A stretch of DNA of 63,677 nucleotides, counting the filler. It is 6 parts of 6 records of this genome, joined end to end, with 100 filler letters (N's around TTAATTAATTAA, not from the genome) between each part and the next. Parts side by side here need not be neighbours in the genome. Positions count along the whole stretch, not along the records: positions 23,898 to 30,363 come from SRR22947725_1117; positions 30,464 to 37,600 come from SRR22947725_1118; positions 37,701 to 46,823 come from SRR22947725_1119; 3 more parts are not named here. One strand, written 5' to 3'. A program made the translations under genes and the position numbers. Below the pieces are notes generated by a model. It had not been told where the DNA came from, did no database searches, and saw only the letters and a list, made by a program, of their open reading frames with translations. Positions within the stretch are counted from its first letter, which is position 1. Each line of letters starts with the position of its first letter. This document shows, piece by piece, positions 29,490-39,043 of this stretch.

Positions 29490-30350
29490 TAAGCTCCTCA
29501 TCTCTAAATTTAATAAAGTTATTGTATCGTGTTGTATTAATTTTATGTATTTTTAGATTTTCAACTACTGCGCAGCCCTTATCCTTTAAGTGCTTACAAT
29601 TTCTAAATTTACAATATTTAGACAGCTCAAAAATTTCATCAAAGCCTTTAATAATATTGTCTTTTTCCCAGCCACTTATTGGCAGGTCCCTTACCCCTGG
29701 TGAATCAATAATATGAGTATTCATATTTATTTCATACATAGTAGAGACCGAGGTTGTATGAACCCCTTGGTTATTTGAAAGAGCTGATGTTTTAATGTTT
29801 TTATTAATTAGAGCTGATGTTAATGTTGACTTGCCTGCACCAGAGTTGCCAACAAATATAATTTTCTTATTATCAAGATATTCTATTAATTTTTTAGGTT
29901 AGTTCTTTCTTTTGCTGAGATGCTTATAATTTTTATTCCTAGATCAGAATATACTTTAATTTTTTCTTTAAACTCATCAGATGAATCTAAGTCTACTTTA
30001 TTCTCAATTATAAATGGCAAGATTCCTGATAAGTTAGCAGTGAGAAGCCATTTATCAATAAACTCATATGATGTTTTCGGCTCCTCTGTGACTAATATGC
30101 CAATATGGGAAACATTAGCAGCAATAGCTTTATTTTTTTGTTTTGCTCTTCTTGATAAAAGTGAAACTCTTTTCTTTCTGGAAACAATTTTTGCTTTTTT
30201 TTCTTTACTATCAGATATCCTTTCAATGCTAACTATATCCCCCACAACAACATCTTTTATTGCAATGCAGGGAATTAATTCTTTTCCAACTTTTACAAGA
30301 CAGGTGTTAGAGTAGAATTCTATTACAATTCCAGTTTGAACTTTTTCCAT
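29479..30350 (-). pseudogene. rsgA: Ribosome small subunit-dependent GTPase RsgA, split by a 1-nt frameshift at 29890-29895
   Basis: The N-half has AANV and ENKVDL (G4). After the shift the other frame reads FVGNSGAGKSTL (P-loop), GVHTT, IIDSPG and the CKFRNCKH..GC zinc motif. Confidence 0.85.
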
Positions 30351-30363
30351 ATAAAGCACAAAA

Positions 30364-30463
30364 NNNNNNNNNNNNNNNNNNNNNNNNNNNNNNNNNNNNN
30401 NNNNNNNTTAATTAATTAANNNNNNNNNNNNNNNNNNNNNNNNNNNNNNNNNNNNNNNNNNNN
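30364..30463. other. Artificial contig linker
   Basis: 44N-TTAATTAATTAA-44N. Confidence 0.97.
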
Positions 30464-30561
30464 TCATTAAAGAAAGTTGATGACATAGTAAAACTTTTAG
30501 AATACCACAGTAGTATATAATTTATACGATTTCTTAATTCGTATATTTTTAAATTGTTAAT

Positions 30562-30590
30562 AAAGAGGTTATAATTTAGCCTCTTTTTTT
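30562..30590 (+). terminator. Probable intrinsic terminator upstream of carA
   Basis: AAAGAGGTTA/TAGCCTCTTT stem with one G-U pair, ending in a T7 run. Confidence 0.55.
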
Positions 30591-30648
30591 ATTTATTAAT
30601 AATTATAATATTGATTATTATATTTATTTTTACCCTAGTTTAAATTTT

Positions 30649-31749
30649 ATGGAATACAAGAAAAGAAAAAAAGCAATTTTACTGCTCTCAGATGGGACTA
30701 TATTTTATGGGAAGTCTGTCTCTGGCGAGGGTACTGCATTCGGAGAGGTATGCTTCAATACTGGAATGACTGGTTATCAGGAAATTTACACAGACCCCTC
30801 TTATTTTGGTCAGCTAATGATTATGACTAATCCTCACATTGGTAATTATGGAGTGGTTAATGATGAGTCAGAATCTGATTCTATAAAAATATCTGGTTTA
30901 ATATGTAAAAATTTTAGTTATAACTACTCCAGAGAATTAGCCGATAGCTCCTTAGAAGAATTTTTAAATAAAAATGATCTTTTTGCAATTTCTGATATTG
31001 ACACTAGAGCTTTGGTCAGTTACATACGAGATAATGGCGCTATGAATGCTGTTATTACTACTGATGTTGATAATATAGATTCTTTATCTAACAAATTAAC
31101 AAAAGTTCCATCTATGGAAGGTTTAGAGCTTGCTTCTAAGGTCTCTACTAAATCTGCTTATTTTTATGGTAACGAGAGTTCTAAATACAAAGTAGCAGCT
31201 TTGGATTTAGGAATAAAAAAAAATATTTTAAGAAACTTAGCAAAAAGAGATGTTTATGTTAAGGTTTTTCCATTTAATTCATCTTTTGAGGAAATGAAGA
31301 AATGGAATCCTGATGGATATTTTTTGTCTAACGGACCTGGAGATCCAGAGCCATTGAAATGTGCTCAAGAAGTTGCAAAGAAAATTATTGAACAGAATTT
31401 ACCTCTATTTGGTATATGTTTAGGTCATCAAATTATTGCATTGGCTAACGGAATTTCTACATACAAAATGCATAACGGTCATAGAGGGATAAACCATCCT
31501 GTTAAAAACCTTGTTACTGGTAAAGGTGAAATTACTTCTCAAAATCATGGTTTTGCGATAAATAAAGAACAATCTTTAGCCAATGAAAATGTAGAAATAA
31601 CACACATGCATTTAAATGACGATACAGTTGCAGGGATAAAACTTAAAAATAGCAATTGCTTTTCTGTTCAATTTCATCCAGAGGCTAGCCCAGGCCCTCA
31701 TGATTCCTCATATTTGTTTGATGAATTTATTGAAAATATGAGTAAGTAG
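30649..31749 (+). CDS. carA: Carbamoyl-phosphate synthase small subunit
   Basis: FNTGMTGYQE, DPSY, SNGPGDP, FGICLGHQ, QFHPEASPGPHD. Confidence 0.96.
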   Translation: MEYKKRKKAILLLSDGTIFYGKSVSGEGTAFGEVCFNTGMTGYQEIYTDPSYFGQLMIMTNPHIGNYGVVNDESESDSIKISGLICKNFSYNYSRELADSSLEEFLNKNDLFAISDIDTRALVSYIRDNGAMNAVITTDVDNIDSLSNKLTKVPSMEGLELASKVSTKSAYFYGNESSKYKVAALDLGIKKNILRNLAKRDVYVKVFPFNSSFEEMKKWNPDGYFLSNGPGDPEPLKCAQEVAKKIIEQNLPLFGICLGHQIIALANGISTYKMHNGHRGINHPVKNLVTGKGEITSQNHGFAINKEQSLANENVEITHMHLNDDTVAGIKLKNSNCFSVQFHPEASPGPHDSSYLFDEFIENMSK

Positions 31750-31828
31750 TAATTTGGCTATCAAAACTTAACTATTACGTTTTCGTTAATTATCCCCTTT
31801 TATTAGATATAAATCTATATATAATTAA

Positions 31829-31836
31829 TATTTTTG
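31829..31836 (+). promoter_or_regulatory. Possible Bacteroidota sigma-70 -7 element (TAnnTTTG)
   Basis: TATTTTTG lies 22 nt upstream of the eno ATG. No clear -33 TTTG is present, and the AT-rich context makes a chance match possible. Confidence 0.35.
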
Positions 31837-31858
31837 TAAAAATTATTAAAAAATTCTT

Positions 31859-33145
31859 ATGTCCAATATTAAAAAAATTCATGCTAGACAAATCTTTGAT
31901 TCAAGAGGTAACCCAACAATTGAAGTTGATGTTATTACTGAAAATGGTTCAATTGGAAGAGCTGCTGTTCCGTCAGGTGCTTCGACTGGTGAACATGAAG
32001 CAGTCGAATTAAGAGATGGTGGTTCTGATTATATGGGCAAAGGAGTTATGAAGGCAGTAAACAATGTAAATAATATTTTAGCACCAGCAATTATTGGGTT
32101 ATCTGTTTTTGATCAAACTGAAATTGATGTTAAAATGATAAACCTAGACGGCACTGCTAATAAGTCTAATTTAGGGGCAAACTCAATTTTAGGTGTTTCA
32201 TTAGCGGTTGCAAAAGCAGCTGCAGCCGAGAAAAAAGTTCCATTGTACAGATATATAGGCGGAAAGGATGTGTGTACATTACCTGTTCCTATGATGAATA
32301 TTATTAATGGAGGATCTCATAGTGATTCTCCTATAGCTTTTCAAGAGTTTATGATCATACCAGTGCTTGCAAAATCTTTTACGCATGCAATGCAAATGGG
32401 AAGTGAAATATTTCACCATTTAAAATTGGTTTTAAAAAGCAGAAAATTAAGTACAGCCGTTGGTGATGAGGGTGGATTTGCCCCAGTTTTAGATGGCACT
32501 GAAGATGCCTTGGATACTATTGCTTTGGCAGTAGAAAATGCAGGTTACTCTTTTGGTAAAGAGATAATGATAGCTTTAGATTGTGCGGCCGCAGAGTTTT
32601 ATGAAAATGATTTATATAACTATAAGAAGTTTGAAGGGAATCAAGCAGAGGTACGAACAAGTAAACAACAAGCAGATTACCTAGCTAGTTTAGCCTCAAA
32701 ATATCCAATTATTTCAATTGAAGACGGGATGGATGAAAATGATTGGGAAGGTTGGAAATATTTAACAGAACTAATTGGTGATAAAATTCAACTTGTTGGT
32801 GATGATTTATTTGTTACTAATGTAGACAGACTCTCTAGAGGTATTGATGAATCAATAGCTAATTCAATATTGATTAAAGTAAACCAGATCGGTAGCCTTA
32901 CAGAAACAATAAAAGCTGTAGAAATGGCTCATACTGCTGGTTACACATCAGTAATGTCCCATAGATCTGGCGAAACTGAAGATAATACTATTGCTGATCT
33001 AGCTGTTGCACTAACAACAGGTCAAATTAAGACAGGTTCTGCTTCAAGGAGTGATAGAATGGCTAAGTATAATCAGTTATTGAGAATTGAAGAGGAGTTA
33101 GGTTCTAAGGCTTTCTTTCCTCAAGCGAGTGTGTTCAAAGCATAG
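31859..33145 (+). CDS. eno: Enolase
   Basis: [46 protein letters not shown]. Confidence 0.97.
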   Translation: MSNIKKIHARQIFDSRGNPTIEVDVITENGSIGRAAVPSGASTGEHEAVELRDGGSDYMGKGVMKAVNNVNNILAPAIIGLSVFDQTEIDVKMINLDGTANKSNLGANSILGVSLAVAKAAAAEKKVPLYRYIGGKDVCTLPVPMMNIINGGSHSDSPIAFQEFMIIPVLAKSFTHAMQMGSEIFHHLKLVLKSRKLSTAVGDEGGFAPVLDGTEDALDTIALAVENAGYSFGKEIMIALDCAAAEFYENDLYNYKKFEGNQAEVRTSKQQADYLASLASKYPIISIEDGMDENDWEGWKYLTELIGDKIQLVGDDLFVTNVDRLSRGIDESIANSILIKVNQIGSLTETIKAVEMAHTAGYTSVMSHRSGETEDNTIADLAVALTTGQIKTGSASRSDRMAKYNQLLRIEEELGSKAFFPQASVFKA

Positions 33146-33208
33146 GCTTTAATGTTTTAATAATTCGTAGATATTTCGTATTTTTACATTCCTTAATACG
33201 AAAATCAA

Positions 33209-34504
33209 ATGTCAAAAAAAGCTAAAATTCTTATAAATAATCAGGAATTTGATTTCCCTCTTGTTTTAGGCTCTGAAAACGAACTTTCTATCGATGTTAA
33301 ACAATTAAGAGCTCTTACAGGAGGAGTTACTACTATAGACCCAGGGTTTAAAAATACTGCCTCTTGTGAAAGTAAAATAACATATCTAGATGGAGAAAAA
33401 GGTATTTTAAGATATAGAGGTTACTCAATTGAAGATTTAGCTAATAATGCTAGTTTTTTGGAAGTTGCATATTTATTAATTTATGGAAACCTTCCAACAG
33501 AGGAACAGTATATAAAGTTCAATGATGATATTAAAAATGAAAGTATTGTTGACGAGGATATAAAAAAAATATTAGAAGCTTTTCCAAAATCAGCCCATCC
33601 AATGGGTATATTGTCATCATTAACCAGTGCATTAACTGCTTTCAACCCTACTTCTAACACTATAGATTATAATAGGAGTAAAGCTGAGCTTTATGAAACC
33701 ATAGTAAAAGTTTTAGGTAAAATTCCAGTGTTAATCGCTTGGACCTTCAGAAAAAAAAATGGTCTACCCTTAGACTATGGTGATACTTCTTTAGGTTATG
33801 TTGAGAATATTTTAAAAATGATGTTTAATAAGCCAAATGAAACATATGTTCAGAATCCAATTTTGGTTAACGCTCTTAACAAGCTTTTAATTCTACATGC
33901 TGATCATGAGCAAAACTGTTCAACTTCGACTGTAAGAATTGTAGGTTCTTCACACGCCGGTTTATTTGCTTCAATTTCTGCAGGAATTTCCGCATTATGG
34001 GGTCCTTTACATGGGGGTGCAAATCAAGCAGTGCTTGAAATGCTTGAATCGATTAATGAAGATGGTGGAGATACCAATAAGTATATGCAAAAAGCAAAAG
34101 ATAAGGAAGATCCTTTTAGACTAATGGGCTTTGGCCATAGAGTTTATAAAAGTTTTGATCCTAGAGCTAAAATAATTAAAGTGGCCACTGATGAAGTTTT
34201 AAACGATCTTGGTGTAGTTGATCCAGTGTTAGATATAGCGAAAGGTCTTGAAAATGAAGCATTGAGTGATAAATATTTTATAGACAGAAGTTTATATCCA
34301 AATGTTGATTTTTACTCTGGTATTATATATCGTGCAATGGGAATACCCTCTGACATGTTTACTGTTATGTTTGCACTAGGTAGACTTCCTGGATGGATAG
34401 CTCAATGGAGAGAAATGAGACTAAGAAATGAGCCAATAGGCAGGCCAAGACAGGTTTACACTGGCGAAAATCAAAGAAAATACACTCCAATTTCAAATAG
34501 ATAA
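33209..34504 (+). CDS. gltA: Citrate synthase
   Basis: ILHADHEQNCST, WGPLHGGAN, RLMGFGHRVY, YPNVDFYSG. Confidence 0.96.
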   Translation: MSKKAKILINNQEFDFPLVLGSENELSIDVKQLRALTGGVTTIDPGFKNTASCESKITYLDGEKGILRYRGYSIEDLANNASFLEVAYLLIYGNLPTEEQYIKFNDDIKNESIVDEDIKKILEAFPKSAHPMGILSSLTSALTAFNPTSNTIDYNRSKAELYETIVKVLGKIPVLIAWTFRKKNGLPLDYGDTSLGYVENILKMMFNKPNETYVQNPILVNALNKLLILHADHEQNCSTSTVRIVGSSHAGLFASISAGISALWGPLHGGANQAVLEMLESINEDGGDTNKYMQKAKDKEDPFRLMGFGHRVYKSFDPRAKIIKVATDEVLNDLGVVDPVLDIAKGLENEALSDKYFIDRSLYPNVDFYSGIIYRAMGIPSDMFTVMFALGRLPGWIAQWREMRLRNEPIGRPRQVYTGENQRKYTPISNR

Positions 34505-34543
34505 TATAGGTTTCACTCTATTTCTTTCTTATTATATTTACAT

Positions 34544-35458
34544 ATGTTAAAGATTAATATTAACAATGAGACCTCTGAATTAGTTTCCGTAATATTGGGT
34601 TCTGCCAATTCTAATGGCCCAACTCCAAGTATAAAAGACTGTTATGATCCAAAAAGTATTGAGCATATTTTAAACGGTACATATCCTATCGAACAAGACA
34701 TGATCAATGAATTAAAATCATTTGAAAATATTTTAATTAAATATGGAGTAAAAGTATACAGGCCAAATCAAATTAATAATTACAATCAGATTTTTACACG
34801 AGATATTTCTTTTGTTATTGAAGATAAAATTGTTTTATCCAATATGATAGATAGTAGATCATTAGAATTGTCTGCTATAAAGTATATACTTAGTGAAATC
34901 CCCTATGAAAACATCATTAAACTTAGTAGTGATTGTCATGTTGAAGGTGGTGATGTAATATTGTTTAATAATTATATTTTTATTGGAATCTACACTGGTG
35001 AGGATTATCCTGATTATATAACCGCTCGAACAAATTTGAATGCTGCAAATGAAATAAAGACAAATTTTCCGAATAAGATTGTAAAGACTTTCGAACTAAG
35101 AAAATCAAACTCTTCTCCAAAGGATAATGCTCTTCATTTAGACTGTTGTTTTCAACCAATTGGAAAAGATAAAGCAATAATTTACCCTGGTGGGTTTTTA
35201 ATTAAAGACGAGTATGATTGGTTAGTTAATTTTTTTGGTAAAGAAAATATTTTTGAAACCACAAAAGAGGAAATGTACAATATGAATTGTAATGTGTTTT
35301 CAATATCTGAAAACGTAATTGTTTCTGAAAATAATTTTAGTAGATTAAACGAATGGTTAATTTCAAAAGGATTTGTAGTTGAGAAGATAAAGTATTCAGA
35401 AATTGCTAAACAAGAAGGTTTGTTGAGATGTTCAACTATGCCATTAATAAGAAAATAA
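34544..35458 (+). CDS. Amidinotransferase/dimethylarginine dimethylaminohydrolase-family protein
   Basis: QIFTRD, HVEGGD, LHLDC, C-terminal GLLRCST catalytic Cys. Confidence 0.85.
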   Translation: MLKININNETSELVSVILGSANSNGPTPSIKDCYDPKSIEHILNGTYPIEQDMINELKSFENILIKYGVKVYRPNQINNYNQIFTRDISFVIEDKIVLSNMIDSRSLELSAIKYILSEIPYENIIKLSSDCHVEGGDVILFNNYIFIGIYTGEDYPDYITARTNLNAANEIKTNFPNKIVKTFELRKSNSSPKDNALHLDCCFQPIGKDKAIIYPGGFLIKDEYDWLVNFFGKENIFETTKEEMYNMNCNVFSISENVIVSENNFSRLNEWLISKGFVVEKIKYSEIAKQEGLLRCSTMPLIRK

Positions 35459-35459
35459 T

Positions 35460-36410
35460 TTGATCTTGAGTAAACAAAGTACAAATACAATTTTGATGAT
35501 TAGACCTCTTGCATTTAATTACAATATGCAAACTGCTATTAATAATCATTACCAAAATGCCAATGATTTTGATAGTAATTCGAATCAAATTAATTTAAGA
35601 GCTCAAACTGAATTTGATAATTTTGTTTTAAAACTTCGATCTTTTGGTGTAGATGTTATTGTTTTTCAAGATGATGATAAGTTTGATACACCAGACTCAA
35701 TATTTCCAAACAATTGGATTTCATTTCACTCAAATGGTGATATTTCTTTATATCCAATGTTTGCAGAAAATAGAAGAAATGAAAGAAGAGAAGATGTTGT
35801 GAAGTGCATTGAAAAAAATAATTATTCTATTAGTAATGTTATTGATTATTCTTCTGCAGAAGAATCAAACATTTTTTTAGAGGGCACTGGAAGTATTGTT
35901 TTAGATAGGTTAAATAGGAAAGCCTATTGTGCTATATCTGAAAGATCTAATGAAGACTTATTGATTGAATTTTGTGAAGACTTTGAATATACCCCTGTAA
36001 TTTTTAAAGCGTTTCAGTCGGTTAAACAAATAAGAGAGTTAATATATCATACAAACGTTATGATGTGTGTTGCTGATAATTTTGTCATTATATGCCTAGA
36101 TTGCATAGATGATAAAAAAGAGCGAAATAATGTAATTGCACACTTAAAAGAAGATGGAAAAGAAATTATTGAAATCTCCGAAAATCAAGTTAGTTCATTT
36201 GCAGGCAATATGTTGCAAATATTAGACAGAAATAATAATCCATTATTGATTATGAGTGAATCTGCATATAATGTTTTAACTAATCCTCAAAAAGATACCA
36301 TAAACAAGTATGCTAAAATTGTTTTTAGTTCGTTAAATACAATTGAGACATATGGAGGTGGAAGTGCTAGATGTATGATGGCTGAGGTGTTTTTGCCAAA
36401 AGCTAAATAG
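35460..36410 (+). CDS. ctlX: Citrulline utilization hydrolase CtlX (amidinotransferase fold)
   Basis: LMIRP, TPDSIFPNNWISFH, YPMFAENRR, FLEGTGS, IYHTNVMM, GGGSARCM. Confidence 0.8.
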   Translation: MILSKQSTNTILMIRPLAFNYNMQTAINNHYQNANDFDSNSNQINLRAQTEFDNFVLKLRSFGVDVIVFQDDDKFDTPDSIFPNNWISFHSNGDISLYPMFAENRRNERREDVVKCIEKNNYSISNVIDYSSAEESNIFLEGTGSIVLDRLNRKAYCAISERSNEDLLIEFCEDFEYTPVIFKAFQSVKQIRELIYHTNVMMCVADNFVIICLDCIDDKKERNNVIAHLKEDGKEIIEISENQVSSFAGNMLQILDRNNNPLLIMSESAYNVLTNPQKDTINKYAKIVFSSLNTIETYGGGSARCMMAEVFLPKAK

Positions 36411-36440
36411 AAATAATAATATGTTATATTTATAGCTTTA

Positions 36441-37600
36441 ATGAATAAAATGAATATTGAATCTTCTTTACATATAATTGCAGTTAAAGCAATCAATAAG
36501 TTATACAAAATAAACATTGATAATGTCGAAATTCAGTACACTAGAACTGATTTTGAAGGTGATTTAACTATTGTTGTCTTTCCATTGTTAAAGCTGCTTA
36601 AAACTAATCCGTTTGAGCTCGCAAATAGTTTAGGTAATTATATAGTAGAAAATGAAAAATCATTTACTTCATTTAATGTTGTTTCAGGCTTTCTTAATAT
36701 TGTTGTTTCTGACAGTTATTATTTAAAACATTTTAATGCAATAAAAAATGAAGATAATTTTGGTTTTGTTAAACCAACTTCAAATGATTGTACAATGGTA
36801 GAATACTCTTCTCCTAACACTAATAAGCCACTTCATCTTGGACATATTCGTAATAATTTGTTGGGATATAGTGTGGCTCAAATACTTAAGGCCTCTGGTA
36901 GAAATGTACTAAAAACTCAGATAATAAACGATCGTGGAATTCATATTTGTAAAAGTATGTTAGCTTGGCTAAAGTTTGGAGCTGCAGAAACACCTGATTC
37001 TGCATCTATCAAAGGAGATAAGTTAGTTGGCAAGTATTATGTTCTGTTCGACAAAGAATATAAAAACCAAATTAAATCTCTTATAGAGAATGGTAGCTCA
37101 GAAGAAGATGCAAAAAAAAATGCACCTATTTTAATTGAAGCTCAAGAAATGCTTTTGCTTTGGGAGTCAGGTGACAAAGAAACTGTCAAGCTGTGGGAGA
37201 CAATGAACGGATGGGTTTACAAAGGGTTTGAAGAAACTTACAAAAATCTTGGAGTAGATTTTGATAATTATTATTATGAAAGTAATACCTACTTATTAGG
37301 AAAAGAATTTATAAATGAGGGGCTTAATAAAAATGTATTCTACAAAAAAGAAGACGGTAGTGTATGGTGTGACCTTACCAAGGAAGGTTTAGACGAAAAA
37401 ATTGTTTTAAGATCAGATGGAACCGCTGTTTACATGACTCAAGATATTGGTACAGCTATTCAAAGAGTTAAAGATTTTCCTAATATTAATTCAATGATTT
37501 ATACTGTTGGTAATGAGCAAGATTATCATTTTAAAGTATTGTTTTTGATTCTAAAAAAATTAGGTTTCAAATGGTCAGAAAACTTACATCATTTAAGTTA
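36441..37600 (+). CDS. argS: Arginine--tRNA ligase (3' truncated by contig end)
   Basis: VEYSSPNTNKPLHLGH, NDRGIHICKSM, RSDGTAVYMTQDIG (Bacteroidota type). Confidence 0.95.
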
Positions 37601-37700
37601 NNNNNNNNNNNNNNNNNNNNNNNNNNNNNNNNNNNNNNNNNNNNTTAATTAATTAANNNNNNNNNNNNNNNNNNNNNNNNNNNNNNNNNNNNNNNNNNNN
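37601..37700. other. Artificial contig linker
   Basis: 44N-TTAATTAATTAA-44N. Confidence 0.97.
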
Positions 37701-37787
37701 GCGGAGGGAGTGGGATTCGAACCCACGGTATGGAATACATACAATAGTTTTCAAGACTATCGCCTTCGTCCGCTCGGCCATCCCTCC
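37701..37787 (-). tRNA. tRNA-Ser(TGA), 3' end at contig edge
   Basis: Reverse complement GGAGGGATGGCCGAGCGG..ATAGT-CT-TGA-AA-ACTAT, long variable arm (GTATG/CATAC), GGTTCGAATCC. Confidence 0.93.
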
Positions 37788-37809
37788 AAAAGGGTATAAA
37801 TCTTCTACG

Positions 37810-37898
37810 CGGAGGGAGAGGGATTCGAACCCTCGAAGGGGATAAACCCTTACACGCTTTCCAAGCGTGCGCACTAGGCCAGACTATGCGATCCCTCC
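37810..37898 (-). tRNA. tRNA-Ser(GGA)
   Basis: Reverse complement GGAGGGATCGCATAGTCTGG..CACGC-TT-GGA-AA-GCGTG, variable arm AAGGG/CCCTT, GGTTCGAATCC. Confidence 0.93.
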
Positions 37899-37925
37899 AG
37901 TTGAAGACCTAAGTTCTTAGTTTAC

Positions 37926-38384
37926 TTATCTCTTACTTTCAAAGAAAGAGGATAATATAACTTCAGATTCATGTGACAATATATTTTCTCTAATCTCTAC
38001 ATAGTGATTTAACCTTGGATCTTGGGGTATGTTATATAAAGAATATGCCGCTCCAGCTTTTGTATTTTGCACCCCATAGATTAGTGTCTTAATTCTTGCG
38101 TTTACTATAGCTCCCGCACACATAGCGTCTGGCTCGACAGTAACAACTATAGTTGCTTCCTCTAATCTCCAAGTATTCATTAACTTGGATGCTTCTTGGA
38201 TAACAAGAATTTCAGCATGTGAGGTGGGGTTTTGATCTATTTCTCTTCTATTGTGAGCAGAAGAAATCAAATTATCATCTTTGTCAAAGATGGCAGCGCC
38301 AATGGGGACTTCATCAAGTTTTAATGCTTTCTTTGCTTCTAGTAGAGCAACCTGCATTTTTTCTATATCTGTTTTGTACTTCAT
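37926..38384 (-). CDS. tadA: tRNA adenosine(34) deaminase
   Basis: EVPIGA, HNRRE, PTSHAEI, EPDAMCAGA (first Cys of the usual PCxMC is Asp here), KAGA, LNH. Confidence 0.85.
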   Translation of the reverse strand: MKYKTDIEKMQVALLEAKKALKLDEVPIGAAIFDKDDNLISSAHNRREIDQNPTSHAEILVIQEASKLMNTWRLEEATIVVTVEPDAMCAGAIVNARIKTLIYGVQNTKAGAAYSLYNIPQDPRLNHYVEIRENILSHESEVILSSFFESKR

Positions 38385-38488
38385 ATTTCTAAACTTATTC
38401 TAGGAGAGATTTTGTAATCTAGAGTAGGTTCAAATCTCAGTTATTCCTAGATGTAAATATGATAAAATATAAGATACTATAAACTCAT

Positions 38489-39043
38489 GTGATGATTGAA
38501 TTTGGAATCTTTGCATTTGTAACTTCTATTACTCCAGGTCCTAATAATTCAATGCTAATGGCCTCAGGAATAAGATTTGGTAGAAAAAAATCGCTACCTC
38601 ATTTTTTTGGTATTTGGCTAGGTTTTAATTTTTTATTCTTTCTTGGAGGGAACTTACTGTCCTATGTGCCCAATGTTGTTTTTGAATATCTTCAGTATGC
38701 TGGTTACATAGTGATTCTATATATTGCATATAAAGTTGCTATGACGAAAACAACAATTCAAAAAAGTGCCAAGGAGGAAAGGCCTTTTACCTTTTTACAA
38801 GCTGCGCTTTTTCAATGGGTAAATCCTAAAGGAGTTGTTATGGCCGTATCTGGACTAACTGCATTCCAATTACCTCACTTGCAAGCGAATTTAATTTATC
38901 TTGTTTTAGGAGGTCCATGTGTGCTTACTTGGCTTTACTTAGGTGAAAGTCTTCAAAATTTTTTAATTGGAAACCAAAAACTTGAAAGGGCTGTATATGT
39001 GTTGTTAGCCCTAAGTATGGTTGGAAGTTTATTTCTTGCTTAA
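38489..39043 (+). CDS. LysE-family amino-acid exporter
   Basis: SITPGPNN, FQWVNPKG, multiple transmembrane segments. Confidence 0.85.
   Translation: MMIEFGIFAFVTSITPGPNNSMLMASGIRFGRKKSLPHFFGIWLGFNFLFFLGGNLLSYVPNVVFEYLQYAGYIVILYIAYKVAMTKTTIQKSAKEERPFTFLQAALFQWVNPKGVVMAVSGLTAFQLPHLQANLIYLVLGGPCVLTWLYLGESLQNFLIGNQKLERAVYVLLALSMVGSLFLA

Noticed and set aside
30464..30520. Possible 3' end of a gene upstream of carA
   Set aside because: Only 18 codons visible with no recognisable motif.
37653..37874. 73-aa minus-strand ORF (MRTLGKRVRV...)
   Set aside because: Spurious translation of two tRNA-Ser genes plus linker Ns.
38400..38450. Resemblance of the hairpin to a TPP riboswitch (CTGAGA..GAACCT on the minus strand) or to a tRNA T-arm (GGTTCAAATC)
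   Set aside because: Required stems and conserved segments are missing and the flanking genes are not thiamine-related; kept only as an unexplained hairpin.
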